Assembly (NCBI GenBank): GCA_001515985.1
Contig: LOET01000112.1
Coordinates: 1-62,819, forward strand
Source of the DNA: Sphingomonadales bacterium BRH_c3
GTDB lineage: Bacteria > Pseudomonadota > Alphaproteobacteria > Sphingomonadales > Sphingomonadaceae
Direction: 5' to 3'
Length of the DNA stretch: 62,819 bases
Below are positions 50,760-60,580 of this stretch, one piece after another. Positions within the stretch are counted from its first letter, which is position 1. The number at the start of each line of letters is the position of its first letter. The translations under genes and the position numbers were made by a program. The notes below the pieces were generated by a model. The model had not been told where the DNA came from and did not search any database. It saw only the letters and a list, made by a program, of their open reading frames with translations.

Positions 50760-53291
50760 ATGCAACAGAGTAAGTTGAATCGTGGCGCAAGTTGTTGGGT
50801 TCTCGCCTCGATGATTGCAGGCTTAAGCGCCCAACCAATCTACGCAGCCGAAGATGTTGCGCAGGAAAATGACACGCCGAGCGCTGCTAATACTGGTATG
50901 ACAACTAGCGATGCGGAGGATATGCCCGCTCAATATTCTGAGATCATCGTTAGGGCCCGTCGTCAGGATGAGAGATTGCTAGAGGTGCCGACTGCGATTA
51001 CGGCCATTACCGCCGATGAACTGCAGGCGAAGGGAATTCAAACAACGCGTGAGCTAGCAATCGCAACGCCTTCGCTAGTGGTTGGTTCGAACTTCACGAG
51101 TTCTTTTCTATCATTCTCGATGCGTGGTAACGTTCCTAACGCCAATACATCCGGCTTCACCGACCCAACTGTCCAAACCTACATCAATGAGTTTGCGCCG
51201 ATTTTTGCGTCTGCTTCGGCGCTGTTTGATCTTTCCGCAGTTGAAGTGCTGAGGGGTCCCCAGGGCACGCTTTTTGGTCGATCGGCGATCGGTGGCGCGG
51301 TGCTTTATAGAACCCGCCAGCCCGACGATGAGTTTGGCGGTTTCATGCGCGCCACCATAGGAAACTACAACAACAGAGAACTGGAATTTGCTGTCAATGT
51401 GCCAATTATCAATGATAAGGTTGCACTTCGAGTTGCCGGCAACGTAATACGAAGAGATGGTTACACAAAGGTTTTGAACCTTAATAATCTGGATCTTGAT
51501 AACCGGCGCTCTGATGCTTTTCGTGTATCGCTTATTGTTAGGCCAAGCGAAAATATTGAGAGTCTCACCGTATATGACTACCATGACGTCGATCAGAATT
51601 CTGGATCGTATAGTTTGATTGCAGTTCGACCTGGCAGTCTGGCTGATCTTCTCGCAAATCCTTCGAACCCGGCGTATCAAACGTTTTTAGCGGAGAACCC
51701 GGATCTAGCTGCCTTGCCAAGAGTGTCAGACGGGTTTTTGGCATATCTGGAAACTGCGAAAGAACTGGGTCCACGGCAGCAATATCTTAACAACGACCCT
51801 AGTGACCTGATATTCCAGGATCGAGTGAAGTCAATTAGTAACACTACAACTTTGGACCTTGGATCGGTTACACTCAAAAATTTGGTTGCCTATCAAACTT
51901 TTTATCTCGCTTACGCTTTCAATTCAGACTCGTCTCCGATTCCAGTTCTTATGGCGGCAACAATTCCAGGAGAGCCTAAGGCATTTCAACAAGATTATCG
52001 GCAATTCAGCGAGGAGTTTCAGATCAGCGGCGAGGCATTCAATGGCCAGGTGAACTGGCAGACCGGGTTTTACTACCAGAAGAACTGGGACGTCAGGCCG
52101 GGCGCATCCGTTGCCTCCGCGTTCCTCCCATTTGCATTTGGATTTGTTCGAAAGACGAATACGGATCGAGATCTTGTGAGCAAGGCGCTCTATGGCCGTG
52201 CAGATTGGGATATTACTGACCGATTGAATTTTGCCTTAGGTGGGCGCGTAACATGGGATTCGACCAAGACTGAACAGTATGTGCTTGCTGCAGCCGCAAA
52301 TAGTCGCGGAATACCAATCGGGCCAGCTGTGTGTGGTAAAAATACCACACGCCCATTTGATCTAGATGATCCCGCCTGTCAGGGGCCGCCCAGTGATTTC
52401 GATGACAAGGGTTACAATTGGGATGCAACATTAAGCTACCAACTATCCCCGGACACTATGATTTATGCCGCCAGTCGCCGGGGGTATCAAGCCGCGTTGG
52501 TTAACACCACCGCGAGCATTGAGAGCATACTTGTCACTCCGAAGTCATCGGTTACCGATATCGAATTGGGAGTAAAGGCTCAAGGCGCGCTTGGTGGATC
52601 GGCTCCCTGGCAGTTCACAGGGGCGGCTTTTTATCAATGGATGAAAGATGCGCACAGAAGCGCGGCTATCCTTGACCCAAGGTCAAATAATAGCAACGGA
52701 GTTATCTTCCCGGTACAGTCTGCGACGGCCTATGGCATTGAGGCTGAATTCAAGATCAATCCGGTCGATTGGCTTGATCTGAGTGCCTTTGGCGACTATG
52801 TAAAAGCCAGCTACAGGAAATTCGAAACTCCCAATTTGGCACTGGATCCAAACGATCCCACTTGCCTTGATCCTTCTACCCGCCCTTCTTGTAATATTGT
52901 AACAACGGGATTTACGGACCTTAGCAATAACGCGTTTACTTATACTCCCAAATACCATCTGGGAGCTTCTGCAACCATTAAAATTCCAGTGTCGGATGAT
53001 ATTGGCACTGCGTCACTTTCGGCTAATATATATCACGAAGCTAAGTATTTCTTCGCAATTGATCAGTCGACTGAAGAAGAGGCAATTGCAGGCGGGCAGA
53101 CATTGCTCAATGTAAGAGCCGATGTGAAGGGCATATTTGGCTCAAACGTAGACATTGGCGCCTTCGCTAAAAATCTAACGAACGATACGTATCTGGTCGG
53201 AGGTGCTGGCCTCAAAGGTTCCATTGGCTATATCCATGGTGTTTATGGAGAGCCTAGGATGTATGGCGTTGATCTGCGCGTTGAATTTTAG
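50760..53291 (+). CDS. TonB-dependent receptor
   Basis: Signal peptide, EIIVRARR TonB box, VEVLRGPQGTLFGR plug motif, C-terminal Phe. Confidence 0.95.
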   Translation: MQQSKLNRGASCWVLASMIAGLSAQPIYAAEDVAQENDTPSAANTGMTTSDAEDMPAQYSEIIVRARRQDERLLEVPTAITAITADELQAKGIQTTRELAIATPSLVVGSNFTSSFLSFSMRGNVPNANTSGFTDPTVQTYINEFAPIFASASALFDLSAVEVLRGPQGTLFGRSAIGGAVLYRTRQPDDEFGGFMRATIGNYNNRELEFAVNVPIINDKVALRVAGNVIRRDGYTKVLNLNNLDLDNRRSDAFRVSLIVRPSENIESLTVYDYHDVDQNSGSYSLIAVRPGSLADLLANPSNPAYQTFLAENPDLAALPRVSDGFLAYLETAKELGPRQQYLNNDPSDLIFQDRVKSISNTTTLDLGSVTLKNLVAYQTFYLAYAFNSDSSPIPVLMAATIPGEPKAFQQDYRQFSEEFQISGEAFNGQVNWQTGFYYQKNWDVRPGASVASAFLPFAFGFVRKTNTDRDLVSKALYGRADWDITDRLNFALGGRVTWDSTKTEQYVLAAAANSRGIPIGPAVCGKNTTRPFDLDDPACQGPPSDFDDKGYNWDATLSYQLSPDTMIYAASRRGYQAALVNTTASIESILVTPKSSVTDIELGVKAQGALGGSAPWQFTGAAFYQWMKDAHRSAAILDPRSNNSNGVIFPVQSATAYGIEAEFKINPVDWLDLSAFGDYVKASYRKFETPNLALDPNDPTCLDPSTRPSCNIVTTGFTDLSNNAFTYTPKYHLGASATIKIPVSDDIGTASLSANIYHEAKYFFAIDQSTEEEAIAGGQTLLNVRADVKGIFGSNVDIGAFAKNLTNDTYLVGGAGLKGSIGYIHGVYGEPRMYGVDLRVEF

Positions 53292-53350
53292 TTTTAAGGA
53301 TTGCACAGGCATCTATTTTCTCTGAATAGAATTCATTATATCATCATATA

Positions 53351-53390
53351 AATTACGCCCTGGTTCCGATATATCGGAGCCAGGGTAATT
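53351..53390 (+). terminator. Hairpin terminator after the TBDR
   Basis: AATTAC-GCCCTGGTTCCGAT-AT-ATCGGAGCCAGGG-TAATT. Confidence 0.65.
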
Positions 53391-53400
53391 TGTACCACAT

Positions 53401-53520
53401 GCCACTGTCAAAGGGATGGCCGGTTTGAAATTGGTCCGCTAATTCGACCAAATGGCGTTGTCAAAGCAAACGCACCTGATTGAAAAGTGAGCCGGTGAAG
53501 GTAGGGCGGACCTAAACGAA
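53401..53520 (+). mobile_element. Two stacked orphan IS6 left ends
   Basis: GCCACTGTCAAAGGGATGGC (15/20 to 60529) and GGCGTTGTCAAAGCAAACGCACC at 53454 (17/23 to 57002). Confidence 0.6.
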
Positions 53521-53810
53521 TGGCCATCCGTAGGGTTCTCAAGTGGATCGAAGAGCGCGATGTGTCCCTTGACCTTAAGCGCAGGGCGGCATTCCCGGTG
53601 GCATGGCATCGTACAAGGCCGCACTCCGCGACCTACAAGTCCAGACTGCTGGAGGTGCTGCAGGGTCTACCTGTGCGGCAGCGTGCTCGCAGATCGGCTC
53701 GAAGTCGGGATTGTCCCGCGTCAGGATCTTGCGCGGACCGATGGTTCGATTCCTCTTCGTTTCCGCTGATCCGTTGGAGTCCGGGGCGACACTCGTCGCC
53801 TGCGCACCGG

Positions 53811-54707
53811 TCAATCCAGGTAAGCAAGATTGCGGGACGCATCCAGCAGCCGCTGCGGATCGCGGTAGCCGGGCTGCGCGGACGTGCCGATTGCCTTATG
53901 GATTGCCGCAAACCGCTCTTCGATCAGCGGTGCGTATTCGGGGTGGGTCAGGATATAAAAGTCGTTCGCCGCAACAGCCTCAACAACGCGCTCCCCCACG
54001 CTGATCGCCAGCATCGTGTCCGGATTGGCGGGGCGTTCCGAAAGGAATCCTGCGGCCTGATCCGACCCTTGCCCGATTGTATCCTCGCGCCGCTCCGAAG
54101 AACTGTTGACGAGTGAGCTCTGCACGCCTCCGGGGCACAGCACGGATACGCCGATACCCTTTTCGGACAATTCGGCGCGCAGCGACTCCGACAGCCCTAC
54201 CGCAGCAAATTTCGACGCGCTGTAAGCACTAAATCCTCTAGGCGCGATCAGGCCCGCAAGAGATGCGGTATTGACGACATGTCCGCGTCCCCGCTCAATC
54301 ATGCCCGGAACGACCGCCCGAATGCCGAGGAACAGGCCAACCACGTTGATATCCAGCACAAGCCGGAACAGGTCTTCGGACATGTCGGCCAGCATGATGG
54401 CATTGCCATCCTTGCGGCTCCCCTGGCTGATACCGGCATTGTTGCAAAGGATATCGATCGGTCTGGATTCAGACTCTACCGCGGATACGGCAGCAGCCCA
54501 ATCCCCGGCCTTGGTCACGTCGAGCACTTTCGCGCCGCACGCGATGCCTTCCCCGGACAACTTGCCGACTGCCTCATCAAGGCGGTCGACATTGATATCG
54601 GCAATGGTCACGAACGCGCCACGCCGCCCAAACGCCTGGCCCATCGCAAAACCGATGCCGCTGGCGCCGCCGGTGATGAAAACATGCTGCTCGTTAAAGT
54701 CGGCCAT
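53811..54707 (-). CDS. SDR-family oxidoreductase
   Basis: TGGASGIG, CNNAGI, VNTASLAG, YSASK, VLCPG, FYILTH. Confidence 0.92.
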   Translation of the reverse strand: MADFNEQHVFITGGASGIGFAMGQAFGRRGAFVTIADINVDRLDEAVGKLSGEGIACGAKVLDVTKAGDWAAAVSAVESESRPIDILCNNAGISQGSRKDGNAIMLADMSEDLFRLVLDINVVGLFLGIRAVVPGMIERGRGHVVNTASLAGLIAPRGFSAYSASKFAAVGLSESLRAELSEKGIGVSVLCPGGVQSSLVNSSSERREDTIGQGSDQAAGFLSERPANPDTMLAISVGERVVEAVAANDFYILTHPEYAPLIEERFAAIHKAIGTSAQPGYRDPQRLLDASRNLAYLD

Positions 54708-54959
54708 TGCGCCATCCTTACCTGCGAAAATCCATGTTGCGAAAGTACCCGGATAAGCGCCTTCGCGGACACGTTATCAAAACGACTTGGTGATCGAAAG
54801 CGCGCTCACCCGCTGGCGGGGAATGCCAGCAGCAAATATGGGACTGAATAGCCCCTAGTCTTCTAGACGCCTTTCGCTTTCAGGAACTACCGCCGTCGAA
54901 CTCGATGCGTGACAGAATCCCGTTTCTGACGGGCTTGCGCACCAGTCTATATAACAACC

Positions 54960-54979
54960 GGATGTAATCGAATACATCC
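54960..54979. promoter_or_regulatory. Inverted repeat in the divergent SDR promoter, containing half-sites of the shared motif
   Basis: GGATGTA-ATCGAA-TACATCC. Confidence 0.5.
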
Positions 54980-55163
54980 TGCAGGGTTTCCTTTCTAAAT
55001 CCCGGCAGAGATCCCTACTGTATTACATACACTATAAGTCGGCGCAGAGCCCGGCAGCCATTGGTTCCCGCCATCGGGCCAATTACTAACTGAAGGTACC
55101 CGAATTGCAGGTGCGCCATCTTGGCAGCGACCTGTGCTGCACGAACCACATTAGGAGATTTCT

Positions 55164-55913
55164 GTGACTGGACAGATAGAGGGAAAGATCGCGATTATCA
55201 CGGGAGCGGCGTCTGGAATCGGAGCGGCGGTTGCTCACCTGTTTCACGCGCACGGCGCACGCTTAGTGATGGCAGACCTTTCGAAGGGCGTGACCGATCT
55301 CGCCGCGGAGCTTGGTGAGAATGCGGTGGCGATCGTCGGCGATGTCAGCGAGAGCACGGATGCGCGGGCGATCATCGACCTCGCCGTATCGAAATTCGGC
55401 GGCGTCGACATCCTCTGCAATATTGCCGGCTATCCCGGCAATAGCCGCGGGACACTGGTCGATTGCAGTGACGAAAACTTCGATAAGATGGTGGCTGTCA
55501 ACTTCCGGGGGCCGTTCATGACCATGAAGGCGGCGATTCCCTACATGATTGCACGGGGCGGAGGTTCCATTGTCAACGTTGCATCGACGGCAGCGCTGAA
55601 GGGCTATCCGACGCTGGTCCCCTATGGTGGCTCTAAGGCAGGACTGGTGGCGCTCTCGCGCGGTGCTGCCGTGGAGTTTGCTGAGCACAACATCCGCGTG
55701 AACACGATCTGCCCCGGACCGCACGAAACCCCGATGCTGCTGGCCGCGGTCGAGGCCAATCCTGCGTCCAAAGAGAAGATCATCGCGGGTGTGCCTTTGC
55801 ACAGGCTCGGCAAGCCTGAGGAAATTGCGCAGGCAATCTATTTCTATGCGAGCGATGCGTCGCCGTTCATTACCGGCACCGTGCTTCCGGTTGAGGGTGG
55901 GCAGACCGCGTAA
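55164..55913 (+). CDS. SDR-family oxidoreductase
   Basis: TGAASGIG, NVAS, YGGSK, VEGGQTA; AGGAG RBS and GTG start. Confidence 0.93.
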   Translation: MTGQIEGKIAIITGAASGIGAAVAHLFHAHGARLVMADLSKGVTDLAAELGENAVAIVGDVSESTDARAIIDLAVSKFGGVDILCNIAGYPGNSRGTLVDCSDENFDKMVAVNFRGPFMTMKAAIPYMIARGGGSIVNVASTAALKGYPTLVPYGGSKAGLVALSRGAAVEFAEHNIRVNTICPGPHETPMLLAAVEANPASKEKIIAGVPLHRLGKPEEIAQAIYFYASDASPFITGTVLPVEGGQTA

Positions 55914-55923
55914 ACCGGAATAG

Positions 55924-55953
55924 TGAGGTGCTCCCGCCTTCTTGGACAGTTTG
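55924..55953 (+). mobile_element. Possible orphan IS3-family terminal repeat
   Basis: TGAGGTGCTCCCGCCTTCTTGGACAGTTTG resembles IS3-type ends (TG...GGACAG); from memory only. Confidence 0.35.
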
Positions 55954-56098
55954 GCGGCTGGCAATCGACAGGCTGAGAATTGCACTAACCTCCTTCAGTG
56001 CTGGATTCAACATTCTCACACCCTGATCAGCAGTCACCTACTCTCCTGTTCCGGTCACAAACGGACGCGTGAGGCAATTTCAATAGAAAGAGCATAGC

Positions 56099-57006
56099 AT
56101 GGCAACGTTCGAAACTCTGACTTAGTTCGAAACTCTGACTTATTACGTGGCTGACCGCGTAGCGACAATCACACTCAACCGCCCGGACCGCCTAAACGCT
56201 TTCAACACGCAAGTGATGCGGGACCTAATCGCTGCGTTCGACCTCAGCGACGGTGACGATGGCGTTCGCTGCGTCATCGTGACCGGTGCGGGGCGAGCTT
56301 TCTGCGCAGGCGCTGACCTGCATTCTGGCGGCGACACCTTCGACTATGCCAAGGGTCCGCGAGCTAACGCGCTACGAGCGGATGGCAGCGTCGACTGGAA
56401 GCATGAGAGCGTGCGCGACACTGGCGGTATCGCTTCGTTGCGCATCTACAATTCGCTCAAGCCCGTAATCGCCGCGATCAATGGCCCCGCCGTTGGCGTT
56501 GGCATAACCCTCACCCTACCGATGGACATCTGTCTGGTAGCGGAGGGTGCGAAGATTGGCTTCGTATTCGCTCGGCGCGGGATCGTACCGGAATCGGCGT
56601 CGAGCTGGTTCCTGCCCCGGCTCGTGGGTATAAGCCGGGCGGTAGAATGGTGCACGACCGGACGGGTCTTTCTGCCCGACGAAGGTATGGCGGCTGGCTT
56701 ATTTCGGTCGAAGCACGCGGCTAACGAACTTATGCCCATGGCGCTGACGCTCGCGCAGGAAATCGCCGGATCTGCCCCGGTCTCCGTCACGCTCACGCGC
56801 AAGATGCTGTGGAAGGCGCTTTCCATGGCCGAGCCTATGGAGGCGCACCAAGTCGAAAGCCGTGGGGTATTCGCGCTTGGGCGGAGCGACGACGCGCGCG
56901 AAGGGGTGGCAAGCTTCCTTGAGAAACGTACCCCCTTTACTGCAACCGCGTGTCCACCGACATGCCAGAGTGGTATCCTTGGTGGAAAGAGGCAGAATGG
57001 AGGTAG
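56099..57006 (+). pseudogene. Crotonase-family gene with two lesions
   Basis: An 18-bp tandem duplication creates TAG at 56123. A frameshift near 56935 puts the native tail VSTDMPEWYPWWKEAEWR* out of frame. Core motifs LNRPDRLNAF, FCAGADL and RGIVPES are present. Confidence 0.85.
56107..56142 (+). repeat. Perfect 18-bp tandem duplication
   Basis: GTTCGAAACTCTGACTTA x2. Confidence 0.95.
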
Positions 57007-57330
57007 TGCCAAAGCAACTGCACCGGCTAGCCTGCCGACCCCACTGACGGTAGGCTGCGGTGATGCCGCGCCCTCGAAAGCCCGCCGATCCCTTTCGGTA
57101 TTTCCACTCTTCGCCCGAAATCATTCGGCTGGCGGTGCTGATGTATGATCAGTTTCCTTTGTAGCTGCGGAACGTCGAAGACCTGCTGCTCGAACGGGCA
57201 TCGACATTTGTCATGAAACCGTCCGGCTTTAGTAGAATCGCCTTGGACTAATTTTTTGCGGTCGACATCCGGCGGCAGCGGCTCAGCAGGATGAAAGGCT
57301 TCACTCAGTGGCTCTGGCATGTCGATGAGG
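57002..57330 (+). mobile_element. IS6 remnant: left end and decayed transposase N-terminus
   Basis: From ATG 57063: MPRPRKPADPFRYFHSSPEIIRL...*LRNVEDLL...ICHETVRL**NR...MKGFTQWLWHVDE. Confidence 0.85.
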
Positions 57331-57409
57331 GTGTGCCGCGAAGGCTGCCACCGTAAGGTGGAAGCCGAGCTGTGCGGAAGATGAGGGCAGGCCCCTCGAA
57401 GTCGGCCGT

Positions 57410-57705
57410 CAGGGGTATTCCTCCGCCGAGGCTGGCCTTATCGCGCTGACAAAGACGACTGCGCTCGAGTATGGACCACAAGGCATCAGGGCGAACGTGA
57501 TCGTTCCGGGCACCATCGCGCCTTTGTTGCACGGGTGGGCGGCCAAGCAAGCACCGGGAAGAATTGAGCACCTCAAGACCCTCAATCCTTTGCACCGTCT
57601 AGGATTGCCGGACGAAATTGCGATGACCAGCGCATTTCTGGCCAGCGATGCATCGACGTACATCACCGGGGTTGCCTTGCCGGTCGACGGCGGCCAATCA
57701 ATGTG
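57410..57705 (+). pseudogene. SDR 3' fragment, paralog of 9132..9878
   Basis: YSSAEAGLIALTK...EYGPQGIRANVIVPG...LNPLHRLG...LPVDGGQSM. Catalytic Lys reads Glu and the stop position reads TGG. Confidence 0.8.
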
Positions 57706-57943
57706 GACTACCCGTTGGCGAAATATGGCCAAAGCTCGAACGCTCAGCGGCGTAAGCACTCCGATGAGCGATGAAGCGACGAGCCTGCGGGCAACCGAGC
57801 AAGCGCGCGGTAGTTGAGCCGCACCGGCTCGCACCTTCAGGAGAAGCTGGCGGATCCCGCTCGGAGTACGCGTTTACGTCGGGCAGGACCTCTGCTATCC
57901 GCCGGGCTTCTTTAGTCGATCTGGTTGCTTGTGATGGAGAGGC

Positions 57944-58747
57944 ATGATGCGAGTTGGCGGCAAGGTCGCGGTTGTGACGGGCTCAACCAGCGGCGTGGGC
58001 GCTGCCACGGCGCGACGCCTGGCTGAGGAAGGTGCTCGTGTCGTGGTGACCGGGCGATCGGCAGAGCGGGGCGCAGCAGTGGTCGCCGACATCCAGAAAG
58101 CCGGCGGTCAAGCCGTTTTCGTCGCCGCTGAACTCAGCTCCGAAGAAGACATGAAGCGGATAATTCAGACGGCCATTGACGAATTCGGGGCGCTACACAT
58201 CCTGGTCAACAACGGCTTCCCCATGGACGTGCTGCAGAACGGTAAGGACCGAAGGGTCTGGGAACAGAGCACGGAAGACTATGACGAGATCGTGAAGGGA
58301 GGGCAGTATTCGGTTTTCTGGGCGACGAAATATGCCATCCCGCACATGCTGGAGGCGGGAGGGGGCGCCATCGTCAACATTTCCACCATCGCGGCGTCCC
58401 AGGGCATGGAAGGAACTCCCGCCTACGCCATGACCAAGGGCGCCATGGACGCTTTCACCAGGCAGGTTGCCGTCGACACGGGCAAGCTGGGGATCCGCTG
58501 TAATGGCGTGATGCTGGGCGGCATCAACAACGGGCAGGCGCGACAGCGCCTGCGCGCGGAACACCCGGACAACGCCGAGGCCCGCCGCAACATGAACACG
58601 CTGGGGCGTCACGGACTTCCTCGCGAAGTCGCCAATGTGGTGCTGTTCCTCGCATCCGATGAGGCCAGCTTCATCACCGGCGCCCATATCGCCTGCGATG
58701 GCGGCCATCTCACCCGGTTCGCCGCGCCCAAATACGCGGTCAGCTGA
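57944..58747 (+). CDS. SDR-family oxidoreductase
   Basis: TGSTSGVG, VNNG, NIST, YAMTK, ACDGG. Confidence 0.92.
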   Translation: MMRVGGKVAVVTGSTSGVGAATARRLAEEGARVVVTGRSAERGAAVVADIQKAGGQAVFVAAELSSEEDMKRIIQTAIDEFGALHILVNNGFPMDVLQNGKDRRVWEQSTEDYDEIVKGGQYSVFWATKYAIPHMLEAGGGAIVNISTIAASQGMEGTPAYAMTKGAMDAFTRQVAVDTGKLGIRCNGVMLGGINNGQARQRLRAEHPDNAEARRNMNTLGRHGLPREVANVVLFLASDEASFITGAHIACDGGHLTRFAAPKYAVS

Positions 58748-58854
58748 ACCCCATCCGTGGCGGGTACCACGTCCCCTCTATCTTGCCGCTACCTCTTTGC
58801 CGCCCGCTGACCCCGCCGGATGCGAGAATCCGGCCAAACCCTTGAGGTCAAGCT

Positions 58855-58923
58855 ATGGAAATCATCGACTGCCAATTGCACATCATCGATCAAGACCGGC
58901 CGAAGCGCCCCTGGGTATCCGGG
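58855..58923 (+). pseudogene. Amidohydrolase 5' stub, paralog of 34373
   Basis: MEIIDCQLHIIDQDRPKRPWVSG versus MEVIDCQVHIIDRNRPERPWVPG; GAGG RBS. Confidence 0.8.
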
Positions 58924-59183
58924 AGCAATATAGTCTGAGCCTGGACAGCTATGGTCGTCCTCGCATGACAATGGAGCTCAAAGAGATAGGTCTCGATGTC
59001 GGCGAGCGCCGGGTTGGCCGATTGATGCGGATCAACGGGATCAAGCCGGTTCGCACTCGCAGACACAAGGCAACCACTGACAGCAACCTCCGGCTTGGCG
59101 TTGCAGCGAACTGGCTGGACGGGGATTTTGTGGCCGATATGCCCAACCGGAAGTGGGCCGGTGACATCACGTATGTGTGGACG
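58917..59183 (+). mobile_element. IS3-family transposase OrfB internal fragment
   Basis: SYGRPRMTMEL...RVGRLMR...TTDS...PNRKWAGDITYVWT. Confidence 0.88.
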
Positions 59184-59346
59184 CATGATGTTCGAGTTCA
59201 AGCGGCTGGTCGAAGCCAACAAGCAGGCCCTGGCCGAGCTGCTGTCGAGCGAGCACGGCAAGGTGATCGAAGATGCGCATGGGGATATCCAGCACGGGCT
59301 TGAAGTGATCGAGTTCGCCTGCGGCATTCCGCACGCGCTGAAGGGC
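59183..59346 (+). pseudogene. mmsA: Methylmalonate-semialdehyde dehydrogenase internal fragment
   Basis: MFEFKRLVEAN...LSSEHGKVIEDAHGDIQHGLEVIEFACGIPHALKG. Confidence 0.8.
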
Positions 59347-59366
59347 GGAATTGCGCAGGCAAAGCA

Positions 59367-60359
59367 TCAGACGCGCACCATCCACTTACCGCGGCTCTTG
59401 CCGCGTAGCACGCTAACCAGGGCCTTGGGCAGGTTCTCGAGCCCGTCGATGACCTCCTCCTGCACCTTGATCTTGCCGCTTGCGACCCAGGCTTGGAGCT
59501 CGGCCAGAGCCTCGGCGTACCGATCTTCGAAGGCGTACACGACGAAACCTCGCATTGTGAGCTGTTTGGTGACGAACAGGCGGGGAACGCCGCGGGGCCC
59601 GGGGCCCGGGGCGTCCCGGTCGTATTGGGAGACGGAGCCGCAGCAGACGATGCGGCCCAAACTTCCCATCTGGGCAAGGCAAGCCTCGAAGACTTCGCCG
59701 CCGACATTGTCGAAGTAGAGGTCGATACCCTTCGGCACGGCGGCTGCGAGTTGTCCCATGAACTCTGGGGACTTGTAGTCAACCGCAGCGTCAAGTCCGA
59801 GCTCGCCGGTGAGCCAGGCGACCTTGTCTGGGCCGCCGGCGACGCCTACGACCCGACAGCCTTTTAGCTTGGCGATCTGACTGACGATGGAGCCGACAGC
59901 CCCGGCGGCGGCCGATACTACTACGGTCTCACCCGGGTTCGGTTGGCCACATTCGAGCATGCCGAAGTAGGCTGTGAGCCCGGGCACGCCGAAGACACTC
60001 AAGAGATGGGTTTCGGGCGTCAGACTTGGCGGCCGGGAAACCCCTTCGGCGGGCAGGGCGGCGTACTCCTGCCACCCCATTGGTGCGATCACAAGGTCAC
60101 CCGGCCTGAGGACTGCGGCGCGTGATTCAACCACCTCGGCCAGCCCAACCCCTGGTATCACCTGACCGGGAGTCAGCGGGGCGAGGTACGTCCCCCCTTG
60201 CATTCGGGCGCGCATACCGGCGTCAACTGAGAAGTAGCGCGCCTTCAGGAGTACCTCGCCATCGCCGGGGCATGGCCGTTCCACTTCGGTCAGACGGAAG
60301 TGCTCGGGCGAGAGCGGCCCCTGCGGATGCTGGTCGAGCACGATCTGACGATTGGCCAT
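59367..60359 (-). CDS. NADP-dependent oxidoreductase (CurA/prostaglandin reductase-like MDR)
   Basis: GLTAYFG, SAAAGAVGS, YFDNVGG, CGSVSQY; AGGAG RBS. Confidence 0.93.
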   Translation of the reverse strand: MANRQIVLDQHPQGPLSPEHFRLTEVERPCPGDGEVLLKARYFSVDAGMRARMQGGTYLAPLTPGQVIPGVGLAEVVESRAAVLRPGDLVIAPMGWQEYAALPAEGVSRPPSLTPETHLLSVFGVPGLTAYFGMLECGQPNPGETVVVSAAAGAVGSIVSQIAKLKGCRVVGVAGGPDKVAWLTGELGLDAAVDYKSPEFMGQLAAAVPKGIDLYFDNVGGEVFEACLAQMGSLGRIVCCGSVSQYDRDAPGPGPRGVPRLFVTKQLTMRGFVVYAFEDRYAEALAELQAWVASGKIKVQEEVIDGLENLPKALVSVLRGKSRGKWMVRV

Positions 60360-60475
60360 GGCATCTCCTTCTCGCGAGCACCCTGTCGTAGGGTAATGCA
60401 GTATCGACGCGGTTCCCTGTGCGCGTAGGCGCCTTAGATCGTCTCAAGGGTCCCGGCCAACTGCACGTCCCAGAA

Positions 60476-60489
60476 ATTACATGTTTAAT
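60476..60489. promoter_or_regulatory. Shared palindrome upstream of the CurA-like gene
   Basis: ATTACATGTTTAAT, 1 mismatch. Confidence 0.55.
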
Positions 60490-60580
60490 CGAACATGGCC
60501 CGCGCGTCCGAGTAGAAGCCCTTGCTAGGGTGTTGTCAAAAGGATGGCGACCTAACGGCCGGCTTGCTAACCCGAGCGAA

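Noticed and set aside
53520-53814. 79-aa ORF coupled by ATGA to the SDR stop, faintly like an FAD-oxidase N-terminus
   Set aside because: Probably a truncated remnant, but no diagnostic motif supports a call.
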